The translations under genes and the position numbers were made by a program. The notes under the pieces were generated by a model. The model worked only from the letters and a program-made list of their open reading frames with translations. It did no database searches and was not told the origin of the DNA. This document shows, one piece after another, positions 38,455 to 50,479 of a stretch of DNA of 64,000 nucleotides (the first letter of the stretch is position 1; each line of letters opens with the position of its first letter). The stretch comes from Lama guanicoe (taxonomy: Eukaryota). The DNA lies in assembly GCA_013239625.1 (NCBI GenBank), contig MU054049.1, forward strand, positions 1,491,892 to 1,555,891, written 5' to 3'.

Positions 38455-39545
38455 TTCATATACCTTCTCCCACTCAGTAGGTTATCTTTTCATTTTGTTG
38501 ATAGTTTTTTTAGTTTGATGTAACCCCACTTACTTCTTTTTGCTTTTGTTTCCCTTACATGTGGAGACATATCCAAAAAAAAAAATGTATTACTAAGACC
38601 AGTGTCAAAGAACTTACTGCTTTCATTTTCTTCTACAAGTTTTATGGTTTCAGGTCTTGCATTTAAGTCTTTAATCCATTTTGAATCTACTTTTGTGCAT
38701 GGTGTGAGAGAGCAGTCCAGTTTGATTCTTTTGCACGTAGCTGTCCTGTTTTCCCAAAACCATTTATTAAAGAAGTTGTCTTTTTCCCATTGTATATTCT
38801 TGCCTCCTTTGTCATAGGTTAATTGCACACATAAGTGTGGGTCCTCTTCTGGACTCTCTTCTATTCCATTGAGCTCTGTGTCTGTTTTTGTGCCAGTACC
38901 GTACTGTTTTGATTACTGTAATTTTGTAGTATAGTTTGAAATCAGGGAATGTGATACCTCCAGCTTTGTTCTTCTTTCTCAAGATTGTCTTGGCTATTTT
39001 ATGGGTCTTTCTTCAGGGTCATACAAATTTTAGAATTACTTCTGTGAAAAATGTTATTCACATTTTGATATGTATTACATTGAATCTATAGATTTGGTAG
39101 TATAATCATTTTAATAATATTAATTCTTCTAATTCATGAACAAGGTATATCTTTCCATCTGTTCGTGTTGTCTTCCATTACTTTCATCAGTATCTTATAA
39201 TTTTCCTTGTATATGTCTTTTAACTCATCAGTTAGATTTTTTCCTAGGTATGGTATTTTATTCTTTTTGATGTGATTATAAATGGGATTGTTAATTCTTA
39301 ATTTCTATTTCTGATAGTGCATTGTTAGTGTATAGAAATTCAACAGATTTCTGTATGTTAATTTTGTATCTTGCGACTTTAGCAAATCTGTTGATGAGCT
39401 CTAAAAGTTTTTTGGTGACGCCTTTAGGATTTTCTATGTATAGTATCATGTCATCTGCAAACAGTGACAGTTTTACTTCTTCCTTTCCAATTTGGGTTCC
39501 TTTTCTTTTTCTTCTGTGATTGTTGTGTCTAGGACTTCCAGCTCT
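38455..39545 (-). mobile_element. LINE-1 ORF2 fragment, degenerate
   Basis: ORF 38490..38828 ([26 protein letters not shown]...KWIKDLNARPETIKL) is L1 ORF2p. Neighbouring sequence continues the reverse-strand L1. Confidence 0.92.
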
Positions 39546-41445
39546 TCCGTCCTTTTAACACATCCCTGCTGTTTTGTGGGCATGTCCTTAATTTTTGGCA
39601 CAAGATGTTACAAGCTTTTCTTGTATTTAACTTGCCCCAGCTCTGGAATGAACCATTTTTCCAGGGATCTTTTTTCCTTTTAGGGGGAATATTATGTATA
39701 TACCAAGATCTGGGTACCACACCCCAGACCCCTTAACAAGAATCTTTACAAGTCAACTGAAATCATCCAAACCAGAAGTAGGCACTTGGCTCTGCCCTCC
39801 CCATCACCATCCCAATCTGATTGCAGAATCCAGGCCCCTTGAGCTGAGCTCCACCTGGCCTTCTCCGCACAGGACTCCAGAGCTGGTGCCAGAATGTGGT
39901 TGTCAAATGCCCTCCTGGAGTATAGGAATCTCCAGGCCTAGGATTGCCCACCCCAAGCTCCTAAAAAAGGAGACCACTGACCCTGGGAGCCCAACGCAGG
40001 CCCTGCTCACAGTTACCCAGGCAAAAAAGCCTGCTGATGAGAAAACCAAGTGGCCACAGGAACACTTTCCTTTCAGTTTTCTGGGAATTCCTTTAGCTTC
40101 TCCATGCACGCTCAGCCATCATTTGGGATTATAACCAAATCAACAAGTTCCTGGCTGCTCACCCCACTGCTCCTCAGCCCCAAGTGTCCCTCACAACTTT
40201 CACCACCAAGATCCAGCCCTGGTGCCATAGGAAGTGGGGCTGCAGACACCATTTCCTCTCTTCATCCTCCAAGCACATCAGCTCATTTGCCAGGTCCTGT
40301 GGGCATGTGGCATGGAGACAGAGGCTGTGTTGGGGCCACTCACCCCAGAGAATCAGTGCATGTTTAGAGAGATGAAAGAGTCCCTCAGAGCAATGGGACT
40401 CTTTGGTCCTTCTTTAATTTAATTTTTAAACAGAGCAATATATGTATATATCTTAAAAGTCAAATAGTGCTTAAAAGCTGATCATTAAACAATAACATCC
40501 TATGACTTGATTGGGGTGGGAGTCCACGGGTGTATGCACTTGTCCTCAAGTGTCAGATCCTTACCTGTCCATCCTTACTGCAGAGTGAGAAGTTGAAGCC
40601 CCATGTTCAAGGACAGGGCAGGCTGGCCAGTGGGTTTTCCAGGAGGGGCCCCCACCATCTCCCTGGAAGACTTGAACAGTGAGGCCTTTTCTCTATATAA
40701 CATTCAGTTTTCCCAGAGAAGAATCTGCCAATTGCCTGCTAGGGGGTGAATTCTGGCCATTGGAGTCTGGACACAAGTTGGAGAAGGTGGCTCAGCTCCC
40801 ACCATTTCTATAAGTGTCCACTTGATTTCCATTTGGCTGATGTCTTCGTAGCCCCAGCTTCTGCTGTGCCTGATGCCCAGATCCCACAGCTCCTCCAGTT
40901 CATTTCTGCAGAGGGTCAGCATGCCTCGGCTGTGCTAGTGGGCAGTGGGAATTTGGATTTTCAGACTCAGCAGTGATTCCCCTGAGTTTAGCCCCCAGGA
41001 GTCCCTGTGCTTCTAATTCTGAGCCTTTCTGGCCATCCAGTGTATTGTCTTCCTTCCCCTTCAACCTTATCCTGCTAAATTCCTTACTCTCCTTCATCTA
41101 AGTTCTGTCTTTAAAAAATATTTTTAGTATTTCTCGTCCACTGTTTCCTCCCCTGTTCTTATGCCCTGTGGGTCTACACCATGATTTCAGGAAGGAGGGG
41201 AGATGACTATGACCTCAATCATTCTTCCTCACTGGAGGTCTCTGGTTCATTTGCTAAGCTGCTGTGTCACTTTGACCTAATAAACATTTATAGCACTCCT
41301 AACAATCACATAATCTGCTCAGTTTCTGGACAGCAAAGCTGGCCTCAACAAATATCCATTTTAAACAACAACAACAACATGCAAACTGTGTCCTCTGACC
41401 ACAGTAAAATAACACTAGAAATCAATAACAGAAAACGATCTTTGT

Positions 41446-42140
41446 AAAGGCTTGATCTCCAGAATATATAAGCAGCTCGTATGACTTAATAAGAAAAAAA
41501 CAAACAACCCAGTCCAAAAATGGGCAGAAGACCTTTAAACAAACAATTCTCCAAGGAAGACATACAAATGATCAATAGGCACATGAAAAAATGCTCAATA
41601 TCACTAATTATCAGAGAAATGCAAATCAAAACGACAGGGAGGTATCACCTCACACCAGTCAGAATGGCCGTCATTCAAAAGTCCACAAATGACAAATGCT
41701 GGAGAGGCTGTGGAGAAAAGGGAACCCTCCTACACTGCTGGTGGGAATGTAGTTTGGTGCAGCTACTGTGGAAAACAGTATGGAGATTTCTCAAAAGACT
41801 AGGAATAGATTTACCATATGACCCAGTAATCCCACTCCTGGGCATATATCCAGAAGGAACTCTACTTCAAAAAGACACCTGCACCCCAATGTTCATAGCA
41901 GCACTATTTACAATAGCCAAGACATGGAAACAGCCTAAATGTCCATGAACAGATGACTGGATAAAGAAGAAGTGGTATATTTATACAATGGAATACTATT
42001 CAGCCATAAAAACAACAACATAATGCCATTTGCAGCAACATGGATGTCCCTAGAGAATGTCATTCTAAGTAAAGTAAGCCAGAAAAAGAAAGAAAAATAC
42101 CATATGAGATCACTTATATGTGGAATCTAAAAAAAAGAAA

Positions 42141-42209
<69 letters not shown>

Positions 42210-42509
42210 AAAATACAAAACAGAAACAGACTCATAGACATGGAATATAAACTTGTGGTTGCCGGGGGAAGAGTGGTGGGAAAGGACAGACCAGGAGTTC
42301 GAAATTTGTAGATATTGACAGGCAGATGTAGAATAGATAAACAAGATTGTACTGTAAAGCACAGGGAAATATATACAAGATCTTGTGGTAGCTCACAGTG
42401 AAAAAGAATGTGACAATGAATATATGTATGTTCATGTAGAACTGAAAAATTGTGCTCTACACTGGAAATTGACACAACTATAACTCAATAAATATATATA
42501 TTAAAGAAA
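41446..42509 (+). mobile_element. Young 5'-truncated LINE-1 with 16-bp TSD
   Basis: ORF 41520..41948 is the ORF2p C-terminal Cys-rich region ([18 protein letters not shown]). TSD agaaaacgatctttgt (41430-41445) / agaaaacaatctttgt (42510-42525). Confidence 0.95.
42129..42212. repeat. (GAAA)n microsatellite inside an L1 3' UTR
   Basis: Seen directly. Confidence 0.95.
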
Positions 42510-43600
42510 AGAAAACAATCTTTGTTTGTGAAAATTCAAAATCTTTTCAAAGCTTATGAGGTGAAGAAGAAATCATACTGGAAATTAGAAATTAGAACCG
42601 AGTGATGATGACTATATGACATTATAAAATATAGAACGCACCTAAAACAGTCCCTAGAGGGAAACGTTTAGCTTTACATGCATGTATTAAAAAACAAGGA
42701 AGACTGAAAAATCATGAAACAAGAGTCCATGATATACCGAGCAATACTATAGCCTGAAGCAAAGTGTGAAAAATCAATAGTGCTAATCTTGCCTTTATCT
42801 AAAATGTTGACATTTTGTCCATCATGGGTGCTTGCTTGGACTTAATTTTGATTTTTCTCAAATATTACATTAAAACATTATTTATCTTGGGGGAGAAAAA
42901 AGAAACAAGAGCCCAACTCAAGACATTATTAAAAGACTATCAGGCTAAATAACTCCAAAAACAGAGAAGGAAGAAAATGATAAAAAGCATTTGGGAAAAT
43001 AAATGAAATTAAGTCTCTACCTCACACCACACATAAAAATCAATTCCAGCTGGATTAAGTACTTAACTAACAAAAGTAAAAATTTTAGTAGAAAATATAA
43101 GTAAGTATCTTTCTGAATTTACTGTAGGAAAGATTTTTTTTTAAAAAACAGAACACAGCAAGCAACTAGCATTAAAATAAAGGACTGATAATTTTGACCA
43201 CATCAAAACTAAGAACTTATGTTCTTCAGTAAACATTTCAAAGAAAGAGCAAAAACAAGTTACAAAATGGAAGTGAATGTTTGCAACATGTATAATCAAA
43301 CCAGATTAGTATCAAGAATGTGAAGAACCTCTACAAATCAAGGAGAAGGACAAATAACCCAATAAAAATGAACAGGAAAAAGAAATTAACAGGAAAGGAA
43401 ACACACATGAAGAAATGTTCAGTCATGAGTGAACAGGGAGAATCAAGATAAGATCAGGATGAGATTTTACTTTATTTTTTTTTATTTCAGAGTTTTTTAT
43501 TTTTAGTTTTAGTAGGATGAAATTTTGTATTTATTTGATCCACAAAAATTATCCACTGATAGCATCAAGTGTTGGAAAGGATATGAATCAGCAGAATTTC

Positions 43601-43816
43601 TTTTTTTTTTTTTAACATTTTTTATTGATTTATAATCATTTTACAATGTTGTGTCAAATTCCAGTGTTCGGCACAATTTTTCAGTCATTCATGGATATAT
43701 ACACACTCATTGTCACATTTTTTTCTCTGTGAGTTATCATAACATTTTGTGTATATTTCCCTGTGCTATACAGTGTAATCTTGTTTATCTATTCTACAAT
43801 TTTGAAATCCCAGTCT
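43601..43816 (-). mobile_element. Short young L1 3'-UTR insertion
   Basis: Poly(T) at 43601-43613 followed by a near reverse complement of window positions about 395-600. Confidence 0.9.
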
Positions 43817-45074
43817 TACACTCTGCTTGAGGGGTAATTTACTGGTACAAATTGTACTCCTGTTATATGTTCAGTAAAACATGTCCAATCTTGCTCATGT
43901 GTACCAGGAAGAATGTATCAGAATGTTGCTAGCTGCACTATTTATAAAGTAAAAACCTGAAAATAGCCAAATATCTTTCAATAAGAGAATCGATAAACTG
44001 TGGCAGAACAGTGGTTACTCAGTTGGCGGAAGAGGGGCAGAATAAATAGATGCGAGCTACTGAAAGTGCCTTTTCTCTTGGGTTGAACAGTGGGTTCCCA
44101 TGTTTCCCATGTCCTAATTATTACAAAAACACAATAAAACAGGACAGGATAGGATGGTGTTGAGCACTCTGGGCCAAGAATTCTCACTTATCCAATTCTG
44201 AGCACCCGAGGTCCATTAGAATGTTAATAACACAGTCGTCAAAGAAATAACAGAATGACAAAACCTAAAAGCTGGTTCCTTGAAGAGACTAATAAAAGAG
44301 ACAAATTTCTAGCACGATATTGAGATGAAGGGAGGCAAAACACAAAAACAATCTTAGAAACACAAAGGAACATAATTACAGATACAGTCAAAATTTAAAT
44401 ACTCATTTGAGAATAAGATGAGCATGTTGATGCAAGTAAATTTGAAAATTTGGATAAAATGAAACATTTTCTACAGAAATATAACTTAATAAAAGGAACA
44501 CAAGAAGAAATCGAAATGGAGAATAGATTCATATCTATTTAAGTTGAATCAGTAATTAAAACTCTTCCCACAACAGACAGTAAAACAGGTGGGTTTTCCA
44601 AAATTTCTAGGAACAGAGAATCTTAGGCAAATTGTTCCAAAGAGTTGAAAAAGCAGGAAAATTCTCCCAACTTAACATACGTCCTAAATAAGAACAATAC
44701 ACAAAAGGAAAATTGTACTCCAGATTCACCTATGAACACAGAAGCAGGTATATATAAAACAGAGACAGGAAAGCTAACAGCGTATTCCCCCAAAAAGACA
44801 AAATAGGGTTTATCACAGAAATGCAAAGATGATCTCACCTTAGAAGCATAGATGAACCTTACGCTTCATCATATTAAGAGATTCAAGGAATGAATAAAGC
44901 CACAGTCACCTCAATAGCCACAGAAAAAGCATTTGATAACATTCAACACCCACCTGTGATAACAATTTTTAGCAAATTCAGAAAAGGCAATTTTCTGGTC
45001 TGGTAAGAGCCAGCCAGTCAGAGCCTAAAGCAAACATCAAACACAATAGTGAAGCTTTGAAAGCATTACCTTTA

Positions 45075-45754
45075 CATATTTATTTATTTAATGGGAGGGG
45101 GGCTTATTTTTTCTTAATTTATTTTTTAATAAAGGTACTGGGGATCGAACCAAGGACCTCATGCATGATGTGCACTCTACTGTTGGGGCAGACAGATAGC
45201 TAGATATGAGCCGAGAAAGAAAAGCAGGAACCTCTGGGCTGATAAGTCATCACACATTTGGGGATGACAAAGTGGCCTTGAGGCTGAAAAAGAAAGGTAG
45301 GAAAAGGCAAGAGTCTCCACTGTCCAAATGTAACCTTTTGCTCATTATGCCCTTATTTCAATAAAATTAGCCTGGCGGATTAGAAGTACCCATCAGGCAC
45401 AGATGCCATGACACTTCTCATCCTGACTAAATAAGGACAAATATCCCTTCTCCCCTTGAGAAGGTGGAGCTGGGATGAAAATCAACAAATATGACCCCAA
45501 ACCCTTCCCTCCCCAGTGAATATTCCACCCATTCATTTTTACATCCTATGTAACCAACTTGCCAAAGAAACTCAGGGCAGCTGCTCACCTGAGTCTGCCT
45601 GCTCTCCCCTTGAAAGTGTATTATCCATCTCTAAGTAAATACCCATTATACTTTCTTAATCTCCATGTCTCATCTCTGGATCCTTTCTGGGATAAGACAA
45701 GAATGTAATCACCAGCAACACTACCGCTGAGCCATACCCTTCCCCCCTCCCCAG
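45075..45754 (-). mobile_element. Vic-1-type SINE split by an LTR (parts 45075-45180 and 45721-45754)
   Basis: 'ggtactggggatcgaaccaaggacctcatgcatg..gcactctac' resumes as 'ctaccgctgagccataccct'. Flanks gaaagcattaccttta / gaaaacatcaccttta. Confidence 0.85.
45181..45720 (+). mobile_element. Solo LTR, 540 bp, ERV1-like
   Basis: Termini TGTTG...CAACA with an exact 4-bp TSD ctac (45177-45180 and 45721-45724). Orientation is tentative, from an AGTAAA near 45634. Confidence 0.9.
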
Positions 45755-46763
45755 GAAAACATCACCTTTAAAACAAGGAATAAGAATTTTCTACAAAGGA
45801 AAAAGAATCTACAGATTAAACTAATAAAACTAAGAGGAATATTAAATCACCAACTGATAAAATATATTAACAAACAATTAGGAAATGTCATTTTTATAGG
45901 CATTAATCACAACAGCAGTAAAATCTATGGGTATTTTTGAACGAGTTTAAGAAAAGATGTGCCTGCAGAATGTTATTACTATGTTATTTGACTTTTCATT
46001 TTCAAATACACTGAAAATAGAGATTAGTATAATTAATGTTCACCTCTTATAAGGACTTAGTAATTGTTAATGTTTTACCATATTTCCTTCATCCATACAG
46101 GCTTTTAAAATCTCTAACAAATAAGGATTTTTTTTCCTTCAAACATGACTACAATGCTGTTATTACACCCAACAAAATTAATACTAGTGAACAAAATAAA
46201 TAGTAATTCCATAATATTATCCAATAACCAGTTCATGTATAGTTAACCCCAGTTATGTAAGAAATATCTTTTACACTTGACTTGTTCAAATCAGGATCCA
46301 AAAGTCCACACTTTGCCTTTGGTTGATACTTCTTTTAAGTATCTTTAATCTATAAATCTTAACCTTCCTTTTGTTATGCCATTTGTCTGTTGAAGAAATG
46401 GATCCTTTGTCCAGTAGAATTTCCCACGTTCTAGTTTGCAGATTGTATCCTTGTGATGTTGTTTAACATGTTTCTCCATCTCTTCTATTTTTCATAAATT
46501 AATGGTGCTTGAATAGATTCAAGTTTAAATGTTTTGCTGAGAAGTTTTCACAGGTGACGCTTTGCACATCTGTTGCATCACATCAGAGCCGTGTGAGGTC
46601 TGCCTGTCCCTCTTTCAGTGATGCTAAGATTCTGTGGGCTCATGTGGTGTCTCCCTGACTCATCCCGATTAATGGTCCCCCAAGAACTTTTCGCCTAGAG
46701 GCTTTAGCTTTCTGCTATTTGAATGCCAATTTGTCTAACCCTTTGCTTGATCCCATAACTTTT

Positions 46764-46910
46764 TTAAAGATTTTTTTTTCTTTGATGGGGGGAGGTAATT
46801 AGGGATTTATTTATTTATTTATTTATTTATTTTAATGGAGGCACTGGGGATTGAGCCCAGGACCTCGTGCATGCTGAGCACGCACTCTACCACTGAGCTA
46901 TACCCTCCCC
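46764..46910 (-). mobile_element. tRNA-derived SINE (Vic-1 type)
   Basis: Reverse complement of the SINE head with a (TTTA)n tail. Imperfect TSD gatcccataactttt / gattccatacctttt. Confidence 0.88.
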
Positions 46911-49900
46911 TCGCCCTCGATTCCATACCTTTTAAATACTGCCTTTTGAGTTTAATTTATTAGGTATGTGCAGGAAACTGGCTGCTTTGGGGTGTGAAGT
47001 GTGGTGTGTAAGGGAGATAAGTGAATTAAACTGGATACAACTACAAATAAAAAAGATGTGTATGAACTCATCGCTAAAAGTGTAAAACTTCATAGAAAGA
47101 TACAAAAGACCCACATAAATGAAGAGTTTATCATGTTTGAATAGGCTCTTCAAGATCATAAATACAGCAATTCACACTAAAATAATTGGTCACCTCCATG
47201 CAATTCTAATTTAAATCCCAACAAGATTTTTCATAGAAACTGAAGAGCCGATCTTAAAATTCCAGTGGGAAAAAAGAGCCAAGAAAAGCCAAATCCCTGG
47301 TGAAGATGGGATGGTGGAGTTTCTACTTCACACAGCAAGAATTATCCTAACGGTACAGAGATTATATACTGTTTCAATTCATATATATGAAGAATCATAC
47401 ACATATACATAAGCATGTAAGTGTGTATGTATGTACACACACATACATGCGCATGTGTAAAACTTCCTGTCTGACAGAGGTAAAAGTATAAATCAATGGG
47501 GAAGAAATAAATAAATTGTGCTGGGTCGATCAGCTATCCATATAGAAAAAGATAAAATTAGATTCTTAACACACATCACCCACAAAAACAAATTCCACAC
47601 AGATTGAAGACCTAAATATAAAAAAAAAACACTTATAGATGAAAATATGGATGATCTTTATGACACTGGGGAGAGGGAATGAGTTGATGAACATAACACA
47701 ATATGTTCATATCATAAATGAAAAGACTGCTAACTGAATACGTCTGTGATAAAATATACATAACACAAAGTAAAAACACAAAGCACTGAGACAAAATTTG
47801 TAACATTCAGATAGAAGATTAGTATCTAAAATACATATGTAAGATCCTAAAATCAGTAGGAAAAGGCTAATAGAAATGAACAAATGATACAAAAAGGCAA
47901 TTCACAGGAAAGGAACATAAATGATCTCTTAACAAAGTGAAAAGATGCTCAAACTTATTAGTGATCAGATAAACAAAAATAAGCAATGAGATACAATTTC
48001 ACTAGCTATCCACTCTTTTAAAATGTGTTTTTAAATTTTTTTTTAATGTGCAAATGTCTTTTCAATCTAATAACAAGCGTTGGCAAGGGTACAGCTCTCA
48101 TAAACTTACTGGGAGAGTAAATCAGTATGTTTATGGAGAGCAATTTGTCAGTTCCTAGAGAGGCTAAAAGTGTAACCTCACATCTAGACATCTACTGTAG
48201 AAAAGCCCTCACCTGTGTGCACAAGGTAATAGGAATAATGCTGTTGACAGCATCATTCTTGGTAACAGCAAAAAAAAAAAAAAAAAAGTAAACCCTTGGC
48301 TTCATTTTAACTGCTGTGTAATATTCCATTGTAATCTGATTCCCAGCAGTGAAAATGAACAAATAAGAATTATGCATTACCAATATGGAACAAATCTCAA
48401 AAGCATAGTGTATGAAAAGTAAGTTGCAGCAAATATGTGTAGTATGACACTATTCCGTTTATTTTAAAAATTTTCTAAACAATATTCTATTTAGGGTATG
48501 AATATATACATATACAGCCAAAATAAAAATATGCCTGAGATTAATATCTGTCAACTTTAGATTAATATCTATCAGGCTTTGGGTATCCAGTTACCTCTGG
48601 GGAGAGAGGAAGTGAAAAAGAAATGAGATGGTTAATTCTTTTTTGTCACATTAATTTCTTTAAGGAAAAAGATCTGAAACAAATTTTACATAATCTGGAT
48701 ACTTGCTATGTCTGGGCAAGAGAGACACGGATGAGATATCATTTATTTCTGCCTTCACAAAAGAGAATAACCTTAAAGGTAGTTCATTGAAAACTAGTAA
48801 GAATTTGCTCAGAAACAGGGGAAAATGCAGAGGGAGAAAGCATCACACGAATAAAGATTTATCCTCAGGAGTAAGAAACTTGAGGGAACAGGGGGGCTGA
48901 AATCTCAGAGGAGAAACTGATGAGCAGTAAAGCTGGGAGTTACAGGGATGGGGGTGAGGGGGAGAAGCGGCTGGAAACCCTATGGAAGACATGGCCTTCC
49001 CACCTTGACACCTCAGCCGTCAGTCATGCTTCCCATTCCCAACTGGTTATCAGGAGGAGGGAGCCTCGTTTTTAATGCAAATAAGTCGTTTCTAAAATGT
49101 GACTGTTATAAAAGTACAACTAATGAAAAGATTTTAACCCACTTGGCCCTCTTAGTAAAATCAGAATAAGCTCTTTACAGCTTCCTCTTTTCTTTTGATA
49201 TCTTATTACAAACTCTGTATTATGATACAAACTCATTTTACACGGATTAGTTTTGCCTTCTGATTTCTTAAACAATAAAACATGCTGTCCCACGGTTTTC
49301 TCCCTTTGTGGGGGCCATTCCATGCCCTCCTGGTGTCCCCCAGTGCGGACGGAGGTGGGGCATGGGTTTCCACCCCTGGGTGCCATCCGGGGCTGCGTTC
49401 GGGTCCACAGTACCAGCAGCGCGTCCTGGACTTTAGCACCGCTTTATAAAGGTGTTTTCCCGATTTCACAGGTTTTTAAACGGCGCTTTGTTTATTCTGA
49501 TGACTAGTTACGATCCACTGCAAATCAAAAGGAGGCAAGGCGTGAATGTGAAAGAACCAGGAAGGAACAAAGGACAGAGAGAGAAAAGGTGCTTCAAATT
49601 TAAAGTAAAACTTTATTTTGTGAGATAAACCAGGAAGTCTCCTGAGAACAAGGGAAAACTGAGGCGTCTCTTCCTCTTTCAGGATGATCTTTTCTGGGCT
49701 TTAGCACACACTACGCAGGGTGTTTGCATCCAAACAAGACTCCTGCCCCGAGAGGTTTTAGCCTCCGGGGAAAACAACTGAATCGCCACAGTAGAAAATG
49801 TCCAGCTCCCCCGACCCCCCACACACACCAGGCAGGAGAATTCAACAAATGCCTAGTTTTTCTAATGGGCATCGCTATCCTCCAATTTTCAGTTTGGGAC

Positions 49901-50479
49901 AGGTAAGGTCAGGGTTACCTGAGAACATGGTCCACAGTCTCTCCAGGGTTTTCGCCTCCCGCTGCCAAGTGCAGAAGTCCCTGTGGGCTGGAGGGTCTTG
50001 TCTACCCTAATTGTCTTGGAAAAACAGAAAGTTTGTAGAATTCCTTGTGGAATACTTCCAAGGCTGAGGGCACCCAGTTCGTGGTGGAGAAGGAAATAAT
50101 AAATGGTGGTGGCCCATATTCAGAAACACCATTCCTCATTCCAAGGTCCAAGCTAAGGTGCCGCTCTTTCTCTCTCTCCAAAGAAGCAGAAAATTATAAC
50201 CAGCAACTTAACACTGCCATGGACAGTGCCAAGGCTAGCGAGACGCAATGGTCCAATTTTTTTCTGTCTTAAATTCAGGGACTATCCAAAGCAATAATCG
50301 AAATTGGAGCTGGATTCCAGCCTTTGTTTTCCGATCTGAAATCCACAACACAGGGAAGGGGAAATGTGCAGAACGAAAGGCTTGGGACAAGATTGCTAGA
50401 TTGAACATGCCAGGCAGCAGAGGTCAGAGAAGGATGAAGAGCTTCTCCTGTTAGACGGGCTGATCTTATTTACCCTTCA

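Larger units (their letters stand above)
41270..48700 (+). mobile_element. Ancient fragmented L1 (ORF2 to 3' UTR) hosting several nested insertions
   Basis: Collinear L1 ORF2 motifs at about 41390 ('tctgaccacagtaaaataacactagaaatcaataac'), 42650, 44265 ('aaaagctggttccttgaa'), 44920 ('cagaaaaagcatttgataacattcaacac'), 47200-48450. Confidence 0.75.

Noticed and set aside
42129..42212. CRISPR-like or coding repeat (KKER)n
   Set aside because: It is a simple (GAAA)n microsatellite with no spacers, in eukaryotic DNA.
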